Positions 24,049 through 33,572 are shown, counted from the stretch's first letter. The stretch: DNA of 53,464 nt from Actinomycetota bacterium (GCA_041166245.1 JBEEFQ010000071.1:1-53464); one strand, 5' to 3'. Notes: generated by a model from the sequence alone, not told the origin. Translations and numbers: made by a program.

Positions 24049-24867
24049 GTGAGCGACAACGACGGCAACGGTGCGCTTCCGGCCAAGGAGGCGGGCCGCA
24101 AGGCGGTCGAGGGCTTCCGCCGAGGGATCGCCTCCAAGGTCGTGGGACTCCTGCGCCAGCGTGATCCCGAGCTGCTGTCGAGCCTCACCGAGGTCGGCGT
24201 CGTCAGCCGGGACTGGGTCGAGGGCGGCGAGGGCCCTGTGACCACCTCGGCGCCCATGGAGGTCATCGAGCGCCTGCTCGAGCGGTCGGTCGAACGCCGG
24301 CCGTCGCTGCTCGCCAATCTGGGACTCTCGGCCATCCAGGTGCTGTCGGCGCCGAGCGACGGCGACGACCAGCAGGGCACCGCCACCTGTCTCACCGTCG
24401 TGTTCACCGACCTCGAGGGCTTCACCCGCTTCACAGCCGAGAAGGGCGACGACGAAGCGAGCAAGCTGCTCACCCGCCACCACCGCACGGTGGGGCCTGT
24501 CGTGCGCAGTCGTGGTGGTCGGGTGGTCAAGCGCCTCGGCGACGGATTGCTACTCACGTTCCCGGAACCGGAGGCCGCCGTCCTCGCGTGCGTGGAGATG
24601 GTCGCGGCTCAGCCCGCGCCCCTGCGGCTGCGCGCCGGTGCCCATCGCGGTGACGTGGTCGTGACTCGCGACGACGTCATCGGTCACACCGTCAATGTGG
24701 CCGCTCGCGTCACTGAGTCGGCCAAGGGCGGCGAGATCCTCGTCACCACTGCGGTGCGCGACGCCGTCGAGGACGGCGTGCCTCAGGTGCGCTTCACCCG
24801 GCCGCGCACCAAGGCGTTCAAGGGCGTAGGGACGCAGGTGAGCGTGTGTCGCGTCCAACCCGTGTGA
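24049..24867 (+). CDS. class III adenylate/guanylate cyclase domain protein
   Basis: VVFTDLEGFTRF ... KRLGDGLLLTF ... GHTVNVAARV catalytic-domain motifs. The start is uncertain (GTG 24049 preferred; the ORF is open from 23920). Confidence 0.8.
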   Translation: MSDNDGNGALPAKEAGRKAVEGFRRGIASKVVGLLRQRDPELLSSLTEVGVVSRDWVEGGEGPVTTSAPMEVIERLLERSVERRPSLLANLGLSAIQVLSAPSDGDDQQGTATCLTVVFTDLEGFTRFTAEKGDDEASKLLTRHHRTVGPVVRSRGGRVVKRLGDGLLLTFPEPEAAVLACVEMVAAQPAPLRLRAGAHRGDVVVTRDDVIGHTVNVAARVTESAKGGEILVTTAVRDAVEDGVPQVRFTRPRTKAFKGVGTQVSVCRVQPV

Positions 24868-25558
24868 GGGCGCGCGCGATCAGGTAGCCGCAGCCGAGCA
24901 CGAGCGCCCCGCCGGCCGCGTCGAGCCAGAAGTGGTTGGCGGTCACGACGATGGCGAAGAGAGTCGTCACCGGGTACATCGCGATGAGTGCCTTGAGCCA
25001 CCGCCGCCCGGTCGTGGGGAAGAGCACCAACGCGCACCACGTCGACCAGCAGAAGTGCAGGCTGGGCATGGCCGCGTACTGGTTGGAGATCTTCTGCATG
25101 GTGCCGCTGTCGAAGGACCAGAGGCCGCCGATCTCCTTCAACGTGTCGACGAACCCGTAGCTGGCCGGCATCAGGCGGGGCGGCATGAGCGGGTAGAACG
25201 CGTAGCCGAACAGGGCGAGGGCGGTGGCGCAGGCCAGTGTGTTGCGCCAGAGCGGGTAGCGGTCGGGGTCGCGCCGGAAGAGCCAGACCAGGGCGAACAC
25301 GGTGACCGCGAAGTGGGCGGTGCCGTAGAAGACGTTCCACAACGAGATGAACCACTCGTGGGAGATGAACCAGTCCTGGATCGTCTCCTCGTGGTAGCTC
25401 CCGAGGGCCCGTTCCCATCCGACGATCTGCTTGGCGTGGCGGAACGCGACGTCCTTGGCGTCACCCGCGATGCCCCGGTTGCGAATCAGCGTGTAGACGC
25501 CGTAGAAGGCGAGCACGTAGATGACCTCGCGCCACCAACGCAGGCGGGACTGGGTCAA
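24818..25558 (-). CDS. PAP2-superfamily membrane protein (inositol-phosphorylceramide-synthase-like PAP2_C type)
   Basis: Multi-TM protein with MPSLHFCW and ANHFWLD (SxH / HxxxD) motifs. TTG 25558 overlaps the upstream TGA. The upstream part of the track ORF is Arg/Pro-rich junk. Confidence 0.75.
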   Translation of the reverse strand: MTQSRLRWWREVIYVLAFYGVYTLIRNRGIAGDAKDVAFRHAKQIVGWERALGSYHEETIQDWFISHEWFISLWNVFYGTAHFAVTVFALVWLFRRDPDRYPLWRNTLACATALALFGYAFYPLMPPRLMPASYGFVDTLKEIGGLWSFDSGTMQKISNQYAAMPSLHFCWSTWCALVLFPTTGRRWLKALIAMYPVTTLFAIVVTANHFWLDAAGGALVLGCGYLIARALTRVGRDTRSPASLRP

Positions 25559-26526
25559 GCCAGGATGCGCGACGGACGGGTACCGACGGCGAACGCCGGT
25601 GCGCCGAGCAGGCTCACGACGAGGTTGACGCCGTAGAAGAGCAGCCCGAGGGCGATGGCATCGGCGCTGGCCACGCCGAGGCTTCCGAGCAGCAGCACAA
25701 GCGCACCCTCGCGCGTCCCCAGCCCGCCGATGGTGACGGGGATCACCTGGATGATGGCGACGACGGGGAAGAAGGCAAGGACGGCGGTCCACCCGATGTC
25801 GATGCCCAGGGCCTGAGCCGCGAGGAAGGCGGCGAACATGACCGTCAGCTGGTAGGCGAAGCCCACCACCAGCACTTCGAGCGCGAGCGCGGGTCGGCGC
25901 CGGAAGCGGTCGAGGCCGAGGTGCACGGCGCCGGTGAAGCGGCGCCAGCCGTCGTTGGCGGTGAGGCGTCCGCCGAGGGCGGGATGGGCGGCGGCGATGA
26001 GCAGCAGCGCGAGGCCGGCGAGGGTGCCGAGGGCGATGAGGAGGCAGAGGCCCACCGCCTCGGGCGCCTCACGACGCAGGCCGGGGTTGGCGATCACCGC
26101 GCCGAGCGTCAGCACTGGGAGCACGAGCCAGCCGGTGAGGCGCTCGATGACCACGGACGCGAAGGTGCCGGGCGTCTCGCCGTTGGTGGCCGACAGGCGG
26201 GTGACACGCAGCACGTCGCCGCCCACGGTCGACGGCAGCACGTTCCCGACGAACAGGCTGGCCAGGTAGTGACGCAGCAGGGTGGGCAGCGGCGCCCGCA
26301 AGCCGACGGCCGCCAGCACCCGTTGCCAGCGCACGGCGGACAGGACGACACCGACGAAGGTCACGGCGACCGCGGCCACCAGCCACCAGAGGCGATGCAG
26401 TCGCACCACCGCGCCCAACTCCACGCGGGGCACGAGGATCGCGAGGATGATCGCGCTGGCAAGCAGCCGCAGCGCGCCGATCATCCGTGCTCGCCCTCTA
26501 CCTGCCAGCTCGCCCGACCCTTCCAC
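25555..26526 (-). CDS. flippase-like / lysylphosphatidylglycerol-synthase TM-region (UPF0104) family membrane protein
   Basis: About 8 TM helices, RWQRVL, NVLPSTVGGDVLRV and GGLGTREGAL motifs. The start is GTG 26526 or ATG 26484. Confidence 0.75.
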   Translation of the reverse strand: MEGSGELAGRGRARMIGALRLLASAIILAILVPRVELGAVVRLHRLWWLVAAVAVTFVGVVLSAVRWQRVLAAVGLRAPLPTLLRHYLASLFVGNVLPSTVGGDVLRVTRLSATNGETPGTFASVVIERLTGWLVLPVLTLGAVIANPGLRREAPEAVGLCLLIALGTLAGLALLLIAAAHPALGGRLTANDGWRRFTGAVHLGLDRFRRRPALALEVLVVGFAYQLTVMFAAFLAAQALGIDIGWTAVLAFFPVVAIIQVIPVTIGGLGTREGALVLLLGSLGVASADAIALGLLFYGVNLVVSLLGAPAFAVGTRPSRILA

Positions 26527-26567
26527 CGACTGCCCCTCCCGCGAAACCGCCCCCTAGGTTACCTGCC

Positions 26568-27149
26568 GTGCGTGTGCTGTTGATCACCGCGGCTCTCATG
26601 GCAATGCTGGGGGTGGCCTGTGGTTCTGAGGACGGCGCCGGGCCCCGCGGCAGCGCCGAGACCGTGGTCGGACGCGCCCCCGAGGTGACCGAGGCGGCAG
26701 GCCGGGCCAAGGTCGCGAGCTTCGCACCGAGCAGGCAGGCCGACGGCACCGTCGACCTGCGCACCGGAGCAGCCCGGGTGAAGGAGAAGGGTCCCGGGGC
26801 CGCCAACGCGTTCTTGAGCGATCCCGCGCTCGCCATCGACGTGGTGCGGGGCGCGGTTCGGATCGATACCTTCGGCGGGGTGGGGGTCCAGGGTGTGGGG
26901 ACGATGATGTACGAGATCGACGTGGACCCGGCCAAGGCGGTGGCCGCGGCACCGATCACGCGTCGCGACCGTCTCGCCGAGGTCCTGCCGGCCAAGTCGT
27001 TCTACGCCGACGTGTTCGTCGACACCCAGGGCCGCATCCGCCGGGTGCTGCTGCCCGTCGACCTCACCGTGCCCCGCCAGTACGGGGATTCCAAGATCAC
27101 CAACCAGGAGATGACGGTGGACTTCTACAGCTTCACCAACAGCCCATGA
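26568..27149 (+). CDS. hypothetical lipoprotein
   Basis: GTG 26568 gives VRVLLITAALMAMLGVAC-GS (lipobox). Good GC3 bias. The track start at 26487 is a Pro-rich extension. Confidence 0.6.
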   Translation: MRVLLITAALMAMLGVACGSEDGAGPRGSAETVVGRAPEVTEAAGRAKVASFAPSRQADGTVDLRTGAARVKEKGPGAANAFLSDPALAIDVVRGAVRIDTFGGVGVQGVGTMMYEIDVDPAKAVAAAPITRRDRLAEVLPAKSFYADVFVDTQGRIRRVLLPVDLTVPRQYGDSKITNQEMTVDFYSFTNSP

Positions 27150-28756
27150 ATGGTCACGGCGGCGAGCTGACCCTAGCCACGCTGGCGGGCTATGGCGTCC
27201 GTGAGATCTTCACCCTGTCGGGCGGGCACATCTTCCCGTTCCTCGACGCGTGCGTGAAGGCGGAGACGCGCATCTACGACGTGCGTCACGAGCAGACCGC
27301 GACCTTCGCAGCCGAGGGCATGGCCAAGCTCACGCGCCGGCCGGGCGTCGCCGTCCTCACCGCAGGCCCGGGAATCACCAACGGTGTGAGCGCGATGACG
27401 ACCGCTCACTTCAACGGCGCGCCGCTCGTCGTCCTCGGCGGCCGCGCCCCGCAGGCCCGATGGGGCGCGGGGTCGCTGCAGGAGCTCGACCACGTCCCCA
27501 TCGTCTCGTCCATCACCAAGCTGGCAGCGACGGTGACCGCGACGGCCGACATCCCCAAGCTGGTGAACGAGGCGGTCACGACCGCGCTCTCGTCCCACCG
27601 CGGCCCCGTCTTCCTCGACTTCCCCCTCGACGTGGTGTTCGCCAGCGCGGACGCCGACGTGCCGGCGGCCGTCGTGCCGCGTGGCGCCGACCCCGATCCC
27701 GACGAGGTGGCGCGCGCCGCCGCCCTCATCGCCGGCGCGGAGCGACCCGTGCTCTTCGCGGGCAGCGACGTGTGGTGGGACGGGGCGTGGGAGGCCCTGC
27801 GCCGCTGCGTCGAGGAGCTGCGTGTGCCGACGTTCGTCAACGGCCTGGGACGGGGCACCATCCCCGCCGACCACGAGCTCGTCTTTTCACGAACCCGCGG
27901 CACCATCAAGTCGGAGGCCGACGTGGTCGTCGTCGTCGGCACCCCGCTCGACTTCCGTCTGTCGTTCGGCTCCTTCGGCAGCGCGCAGGTGATCCATGTC
28001 TGCGACAGCCCCGAGAGCAGGGCGGCCCACGCCCAGGTGGCAGCCGCGCCGGCTGGCGACCTCACGACGATCCTCGACGCCTTCGCATCGTTCGCGGGTG
28101 ACCGCAAGGACCATGAGCCGTGGATCGCCAAGCTGCGCGACGAGGAGCAGGCCAAGCGGGCCGCCGAGCGGGCCGACCTGGACGCCGACACCGATCCCAT
28201 CCACCCGGCGCGGATCTACGGCGAGCTGAACCGCAGGCTCGACCGCGACGCGGTCGTCATCGGCGACGGCGGCGACTTCGTCTCCTACGCCGGCAAGTAC
28301 GTCGAGTCCTACCAGCCCGGGTGCTGGATGGATCCCGGCCCGTACGGGTGTCTCGGCACCGGCCTCGGCTACGCCATGGCCGCGCGCGCCGCCCACCCCG
28401 ACCGTCAGGTCGTGCTCCTCCTGGGTGACGGTGCCGTCGGCTTCAACGGCATGGACTTCGACTCCCTCGTGCGCCACGGCCTGCCCGTCGTCGCCGTCGT
28501 CGGCAACAACGGCATCTGGGGGCTCGAGAAGCACCCCATGCGCGCCATCTATGGCTACGACGTGGCCGCCGATCTGCAGCCCGGCTGCCGCTACGACGAC
28601 GTGGTCAAGGCCCTCGGCGGCGCGGGCGAGACCGTCGAGCACCCCGCCGACCTCGGCCCCGCCCTCGACCGCGCCTTCACCGCCGGCGTCCCCTACCTCG
28701 TCAACGTCCTGACCGACCCCGCCAACGCCTACCCCCGCTCCAGCAACCTCGCATAG
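27146..28756 (+). CDS. thiamine-pyrophosphate-dependent enzyme (acetolactate synthase / oxalyl-CoA decarboxylase-like family)
   Basis: N-terminal Pyr domain (VRHEQTATFAAEGMAK, TAGPGITN) and TPP-binding motif GDGAVGF...VVGNNGIWG. ATGA overlap with the upstream lipoprotein gene. Confidence 0.85.
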   Translation: MNGHGGELTLATLAGYGVREIFTLSGGHIFPFLDACVKAETRIYDVRHEQTATFAAEGMAKLTRRPGVAVLTAGPGITNGVSAMTTAHFNGAPLVVLGGRAPQARWGAGSLQELDHVPIVSSITKLAATVTATADIPKLVNEAVTTALSSHRGPVFLDFPLDVVFASADADVPAAVVPRGADPDPDEVARAAALIAGAERPVLFAGSDVWWDGAWEALRRCVEELRVPTFVNGLGRGTIPADHELVFSRTRGTIKSEADVVVVVGTPLDFRLSFGSFGSAQVIHVCDSPESRAAHAQVAAAPAGDLTTILDAFASFAGDRKDHEPWIAKLRDEEQAKRAAERADLDADTDPIHPARIYGELNRRLDRDAVVIGDGGDFVSYAGKYVESYQPGCWMDPGPYGCLGTGLGYAMAARAAHPDRQVVLLLGDGAVGFNGMDFDSLVRHGLPVVAVVGNNGIWGLEKHPMRAIYGYDVAADLQPGCRYDDVVKALGGAGETVEHPADLGPALDRAFTAGVPYLVNVLTDPANAYPRSSNLA

Positions 28757-28819
28757 ACGGGCAGGAGATCCGATATCCGTCTCGAAGTCTGATTCGGGTA
28801 GCGCACTGGGGGTGGGTGA

Positions 28820-29947
28820 GTGGCGTTGCAGGTTGGCGACGGGAGGGCTCGATCGGTGGTCGAGCCGACGCGCACGTCGGACCCTGCCCACGATGTGTTC
28901 GGCTCGCTCTATCAGGAGCATGCGTCCCGTGTCCGAGCACTTGTACGGCGCCGGATACGAGACAACGGGCTCGTCGAGGACATCGTGCAGGAAACGTTCG
29001 TTCGTGCCCACCGGGGCATCGCGCACTTCGACGATGACCGCTCACCGTGGCCATGGCTCGCGACAGTGGCGCGCAACCTCTGCATCGATGCTGCGCGGCA
29101 ACGGGCCCGGGTCAGAGAAGACCTCTGTGCCGAGCTTCCTCGGGCCGTCCTGGCTCGGTCGGATGCGCACTCCGACCCCCACGCCCGCCTCATGGATCGG
29201 AACCGGTTGCGCGGGCTGAAGGAGGCGATGTCGAGTCTCTCCGACAAGGAGCGGCGGGTGCTCCTGATGAGGGAGGTCGATGGGTTGTGCTACGACGACC
29301 TGGCCGAACTCGAGGGTCTGACGCTGGACGCGATCAAGTCGATGTTGAAGCGTGCCCGACGAACCGTACGCGCGTCATACGCCGCCCTGGCTGACTCGCG
29401 AGGCTTGGCGGGTATCGCCGGGCTGACGGCCAACGCCATGGCCCGTGCGCGCAACCGTCTGGGGCGTGTGCCCCACGCCGCCTCGGTGTGGAGCCGCGTC
29501 GGCTTGCCCCTCGAGGCCATGGCGTCAGCGGTTGCGGCCACGCTCATGGTGACGACGGCGGTCCTTGTCGGCCCCGGGGACGTGCACCCTGGTGGCGGAT
29601 CGATCGGCAACGCCACTCGTGTGGTGCGTCCAGGGGTCGAGCAGCGGTCGGTGGGCCCGACGGAATCGGCACCGCGCGGCGGCTCGAGGGCCACACCGAG
29701 CCCTGGCGGGTCCAAGGCGTCGCTCACCGCGGCCCGCGCCGCGGGGGCCGGGCCGATCGATGCTGGGGCCGACACCGCGTTTCGCCGTGGCGAGAACCTC
29801 ACGCTGAACGCCAAGGTCTTCGCCAAAACCCCCGCGAGGCGGGACCCGCTGGAGGGCGGCGGTTGGGCTGACATCGAATGCATGAAGAACGAAGTGCGAG
29901 AGACGGCGTGTGGCGCTGTCGATCTGATACCGGAACCCGGCGGCTGA
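28820..29947 (+). CDS. ECF-type sigma-70 factor with about 180-aa C-terminal extension containing a predicted TM segment
   Basis: Region 2 (DIVQETFVRAHRGIAHFD, WLATVARNLCIDAAR) and region 4 (LSDKERRVLLMREVDGLCYDDLAELEGLTLDAIKSMLKRARR). These are followed by the hydrophobic AMASAVAATLMVTTAVLVG and a Gly/Pro/Ala-rich tail. Confidence 0.8.
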   Translation: MALQVGDGRARSVVEPTRTSDPAHDVFGSLYQEHASRVRALVRRRIRDNGLVEDIVQETFVRAHRGIAHFDDDRSPWPWLATVARNLCIDAARQRARVREDLCAELPRAVLARSDAHSDPHARLMDRNRLRGLKEAMSSLSDKERRVLLMREVDGLCYDDLAELEGLTLDAIKSMLKRARRTVRASYAALADSRGLAGIAGLTANAMARARNRLGRVPHAASVWSRVGLPLEAMASAVAATLMVTTAVLVGPGDVHPGGGSIGNATRVVRPGVEQRSVGPTESAPRGGSRATPSPGGSKASLTAARAAGAGPIDAGADTAFRRGENLTLNAKVFAKTPARRDPLEGGGWADIECMKNEVRETACGAVDLIPEPGG

Positions 29948-29965
29948 AACCGAGGAGCCTCAGGC

Positions 29966-30289
29966 ATGGATGCTTTCGATCACAACCGCACGGGATGGTG
30001 GGTCCGCGCAGGTATCGGGTTGGCGGTTTCGGCCTGCGTCCTCCTCGTGTCGCTGGGCTTCTTCCCGGCGTCAGCGATCGCCCAGGCCTGCGCGGTGACG
30101 GGTGCGCCCGAGGCTGGATGTCCGGTGGAGTCGCCACCGGTCAGTCCGCCGCCGCAAACCAGAAACGATTGTTTTGGGGTCTACGTCGGCGGCGTGCGCT
30201 ACCAGAGCTGTCCGCCGCTGCCCATCGTCGTCTCGTTGCTGCCGACGGTGCTCGACGCGATAGACGATCTCATCCACAACCGATCCTGA
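29966..30289 (+). CDS. small secreted/membrane Cys-containing protein
   Basis: 107 aa, GAGGAG SD 8 nt upstream. Signal/anchor WWVRAGIGLAVSACVLLVSLGFFPASAIAQA followed by four Cys residues. No family recognised. Confidence 0.55.
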   Translation: MDAFDHNRTGWWVRAGIGLAVSACVLLVSLGFFPASAIAQACAVTGAPEAGCPVESPPVSPPPQTRNDCFGVYVGGVRYQSCPPLPIVVSLLPTVLDAIDDLIHNRS

Positions 30290-30355
30290 CTCCGAGCGTC
30301 GCGTAGAGGGGCCTCGCGCGGCTGACACTTTTTGGCCGGGCGGTCGTACTGACGG

Positions 30356-31342
30356 GTGATGCACGCGACGGTCCTCGACACCGAGATCAGCTGCCTCTCT
30401 TTCGCCGGCGTCAGCGTGTCGGTGGACGCGCCGCACGACGTGCTGGCGATGGTCCACAGGGAGTTCGGCCCGGCGCCGCCAGAGTCGTCGTTGGTAGCAG
30501 CCTGGCGTGTCGTCGTTCGCTACGAGCCGGACCCCGAGGCCTGTGCTCGCGGCGTCCTGCAAGCCGAGGAGCACCTCCTCATCGCCAACGACCTGGGTGC
30601 CAACCGGGTGCTCTGGGGTGGCCCGGGCGGAGCGGCTGTGCGTGTCTACGAGGGCGGGGTCGGGTTCTCCCAGAGCCGGGACGGATCCACCCTCGTCGTC
30701 GTCCGCGACCACGCCGCCGCGGTCTGGGTCGTTCGATCAGAGATCTGCGCAGCGGTCATGACCTCGCTGGCCGCAGCCTCGTGGACCGTGTTGCACGCCG
30801 GAGTGGTGGCTTCTGATTCGGGCCGTGGCGTCGTGATCGCTGGACCGAAGGGCGCCGGGAAGAGCACGACTTCGTTGTTGGCCTGGCACTTCGGGTACCG
30901 GTTGCTGACTGACGAGGCGTGCTTCTTCACGGAGCGGGACGTCCGCCGTGTGCACGGGCTGCACCGCCGACCCGCCGTGTCGGCGAGCACGGCCCGGGCC
31001 TACGGATTCGACGATCTGCGCCTGGGTCCTCAGCTGCTCGGAAAGCGCCTGGTCAACCTGGAGTGCGATCCGGTGGGTGACTGCTGGCTGGAGGCCGTCA
31101 TCTTCCCGCGCTTCGAGGAGGGTGGATCAGCAGCGTTCGACCTGATGTCCCCAGAAGCCTCCGACGACGCGCTGCAGACGGTGCTGACCAGTGCGCCCAG
31201 CGACGCGACCTCTGCCCTGGACGCCCTGATCGCTGCGGTGCCGTTCTACACCTGGCGATACGGCAGGGACCTACCTCAGAACGCAGAGGCGCTTCGAACC
31301 GAGCTCGGCGAGATCGTCGGTCCGCCGAAGGAGCCGCGCTGA
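30356..31342 (+). CDS. HPr-kinase-related (HprK C-terminal-like) P-loop kinase
   Basis: VLHAGVVASDSGRGVVIAGPKGAGKSTTSL: an HprK-like Walker A preceded by the H-[AG]-[SG] strand, as in RiPP-associated HprK-related kinases. Confidence 0.7.
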   Translation: MMHATVLDTEISCLSFAGVSVSVDAPHDVLAMVHREFGPAPPESSLVAAWRVVVRYEPDPEACARGVLQAEEHLLIANDLGANRVLWGGPGGAAVRVYEGGVGFSQSRDGSTLVVVRDHAAAVWVVRSEICAAVMTSLAAASWTVLHAGVVASDSGRGVVIAGPKGAGKSTTSLLAWHFGYRLLTDEACFFTERDVRRVHGLHRRPAVSASTARAYGFDDLRLGPQLLGKRLVNLECDPVGDCWLEAVIFPRFEEGGSAAFDLMSPEASDDALQTVLTSAPSDATSALDALIAAVPFYTWRYGRDLPQNAEALRTELGEIVGPPKEPR

Positions 31343-32073
31343 TGACGGCAACGGAGAACCTGTCGAGAGTCGAGCTGCCGGCCACCGAGTGGCTGCTCGG
31401 GCGGCTCGATGTTCCGGTCGTCGGATTGATCCATCACGGGTCCACTGCTCTCGGTCTGGGCAACGAGCGTTCCGACATCGACATCCTCGCGCTCAGCCAT
31501 GCCGCGGGTCGCCGGCCGCTCCAGGTCGTTGGGTGGGAGCGATCGGTCCATGTCGACTACCGCAGGCCCAGCGACCTTGATCCCGAGCAGTTGTCCGAGC
31601 TCCTGCTCTCGAGGATGTTCGACACCAACTCGATCGTGACTCGGATATCGACGGGCATCGTCGTCTTCGACACCGACGGCGTGGCCGCCGCGCTCGTCGG
31701 CCGGTTCCGCGACTGGCGCCTGCCTGAGCTGGTGGCCAAGAAGCTGGTGCTGGAGGTGCTCGGCTTTCTGAACGACGTCTCGGGGGCGTTGGGTGACGAC
31801 GAAACCGAGACAGCTGACGTCCTGCTGCGCCTAGTGGCCCACTCCCTGGCCAAGGCCGCGCTGATCGACGCCGGTGTCCACGTCGTGGCCCCGAAATGGC
31901 AGTACCGGCTCCTGGAGCGGCACGCCCCGGTGGCCGCACGTGGCTTCCTCGAAGTCGCCGGACTCGGCGCGGCGCCGTCGGCGCTGACCGCCAGGTACGC
32001 CGCGGCCCGGGCTTGGCTGCGAGAGATTCGTGACCGGTTCGCGCTGCGCGCCGCCACGGGGGACCTGGCGTGA
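31342..32073 (+). CDS. Pol-beta-superfamily nucleotidyltransferase domain protein
   Basis: hG[GS]-x10-DhDh signature HHGSTALGLGNERSDIDIL followed by a helical domain. The start ATG overlaps the upstream TGA by 1 nt. Confidence 0.7.
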   Translation: MTATENLSRVELPATEWLLGRLDVPVVGLIHHGSTALGLGNERSDIDILALSHAAGRRPLQVVGWERSVHVDYRRPSDLDPEQLSELLLSRMFDTNSIVTRISTGIVVFDTDGVAAALVGRFRDWRLPELVAKKLVLEVLGFLNDVSGALGDDETETADVLLRLVAHSLAKAALIDAGVHVVAPKWQYRLLERHAPVAARGFLEVAGLGAAPSALTARYAAARAWLREIRDRFALRAATGDLA

Positions 32074-33281
32074 ACCGGCTCCTCGTCAGGCGCCCCCAGA
32101 TCCTCGGAGTGAGGTCCGATGACGCTTTCCTTGTCTTTGACCCCCGGACAGGTGCGGCCATGCGGGCACCCGCGGAGCTGTCGGACCATTGGTCGGAGCT
32201 CGCCGCGGGCATCGACCCTGCGCTGCTGCCCGAAGCGGCGACGACATCGCTGTTGCGCCGGGGCGTTGTCCGGCTCGTAGAACAGCGCGGCGACCTGTCG
32301 CGGCCGGACCGCGGAGCGGCGCCGCCATTCCGCCGCTCGGCCCAGCCGAGGGTCGAGCTCGACTGTCCCGAGTCCGACCAGCTGCTCCTCCGGGGCCTGC
32401 TGGGGCACGACCACGCCGGTCCCGGACCTGCCCTCAGGATCGAGCTTCGTCGGCGACCGTGTCGTGTCCTGCCACAGGGCTTTGCGCGAGTCGGTGTCGG
32501 GCGGGACTTCGAGGTGTTCGAGCAGGACGCCGCCATGTTGCTCCGGGGCTCGGGCTGGACCGCCGGACTCGAGATCGGCGCGGATGGGGCCAGGTTGCGC
32601 GCTACGTACGAGGACGCGCTCGAGACTGTCCTCGAACCGCTCGTGAAGCTGACCGACGACGCGCTGGCGTGGCTCTACGAGCACCACCGGTTGGGAGTGA
32701 CGCTCCACGCGTCGGGCATCGCTCTCGGGACGGCAGGCGTGGCCCTGTGCGGCGACTCGGGGATGGGGAAGACCTCTCTCGCGGGAGCTCTCGTGCGATC
32801 GAGCGCCGCCTGCTGCTCGCTCGGCGACGACCTCGTGATCGTCACCACTGCGAACGCGGCAGCGCCGATGATGCGGCGGGCACCCTCGGCGCGGTTCACG
32901 CGCAACGGCACTGGTCCGCGGCGCCTCGAGCCGACCGCAGCCTTTTCGGGTCGCGTCGAGCTGCGCATGGTCTGCCTGCTGTCGAGGGTCTCCTCACTGC
33001 GAGTCGACGTGAGCGAGGTTCCCGCGCAGGCAGCGTGGGCGACCCTCATGCGTTCGCGGGCCGCCAGTCGGCGGTACGTCGCCACCGCGGTCCGGCGCCG
33101 GGATCGTGCGCTCGACGAGTGGGTCGCGACCGAGCTGTTGCGCCTCTGCCAAGACGTCGAGACGGCGACCGTCGTGATCGGGGAGGACCAAGTCGGCCGC
33201 GCCGCCCAAGCGGTCCTGGCGCGGGTCGCGCCCCCCGAATCCCGTAGGGAAGCACAACGTCCATCACCGGAAGGGAGGTGA
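32070..33281 (+). CDS. HprK-related P-loop kinase with N-terminal PqqD/RRE-like segment
   Basis: TLHASGIALGTAGVALCGDSGMGKTSLAGAL (HprK-like Walker A). N-terminal AFLVFDPRTGAAMRAPAELSDHWSEL...LLRRGVV resembles PqqD-type peptide-binding domains. GTGA overlap with the upstream gene. Confidence 0.65.
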   Translation: MNRLLVRRPQILGVRSDDAFLVFDPRTGAAMRAPAELSDHWSELAAGIDPALLPEAATTSLLRRGVVRLVEQRGDLSRPDRGAAPPFRRSAQPRVELDCPESDQLLLRGLLGHDHAGPGPALRIELRRRPCRVLPQGFARVGVGRDFEVFEQDAAMLLRGSGWTAGLEIGADGARLRATYEDALETVLEPLVKLTDDALAWLYEHHRLGVTLHASGIALGTAGVALCGDSGMGKTSLAGALVRSSAACCSLGDDLVIVTTANAAAPMMRRAPSARFTRNGTGPRRLEPTAAFSGRVELRMVCLLSRVSSLRVDVSEVPAQAAWATLMRSRAASRRYVATAVRRRDRALDEWVATELLRLCQDVETATVVIGEDQVGRAAQAVLARVAPPESRREAQRPSPEGR

Positions 33282-33286
33282 AGCGC

Positions 33287-33412
33287 ATGACCACGTCCGA
33301 TCGTTCCGAGCCGGGCCGGGAGATCCCGGCATGGGAGCTCGTGGACCTTGACGAGCGGCAGCTCCCGCAGCTGCTCAACGCCATCAAGGCCTGGATAGCC
33401 AGCATCAGCTAG
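33287..33412 (+). CDS. small ORF 1 (41 aa), candidate precursor peptide MTTSDRSEPGREIPAWELVDLDERQLPQLLNAIKAWIASIS
   Basis: ATG sits 5 nt after the kinase stop, with SD GGAAGGGAGG upstream. Paralogous to sORF2 and sORF3. Not in the ORF track because it is shorter than 60 aa. Confidence 0.65.
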   Translation: MTTSDRSEPGREIPAWELVDLDERQLPQLLNAIKAWIASIS

Positions 33413-33437
33413 CCCACTCACGAAGAAAGGAAGCGAC

Positions 33438-33572
33438 ATGGAGCAGGCGAGCTGTCGCACCGATGGGTGCATCGACTCGATGGCGACGTGGGACCTGGTC
33501 GATCTCGACGAACGGCAGTCCCCGATCGCGAAGCTGATCTTCGACGCCGTCCTCGAGTGGGTCATCAGCTGA
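33438..33572 (+). CDS. small ORF 2 (44 aa), candidate precursor peptide MEQASCRTDGCIDSMATWDLVDLDERQSPIAKLIFDAVLEWVIS
   Basis: ATG preceded by GAAAGGAAG. Shares W-x-L-V-D-L-D-E-R-Q and a C-terminal W-V-I-S. The last 15 nt (TGGGTCATCAGCTGA) are identical to sORF3. Confidence 0.65.
   Translation: MEQASCRTDGCIDSMATWDLVDLDERQSPIAKLIFDAVLEWVIS

Noticed and set aside
30290-30355. T-run (CACTTTTTGG, about 30329-30337) as a possible intrinsic terminator between the small Cys protein and the kinase operon.
   Set aside because: The preceding sequence forms only 4-bp GC stems (CGCG...CGCG), so I cannot support a convincing hairpin. It may simply be promoter-region sequence.
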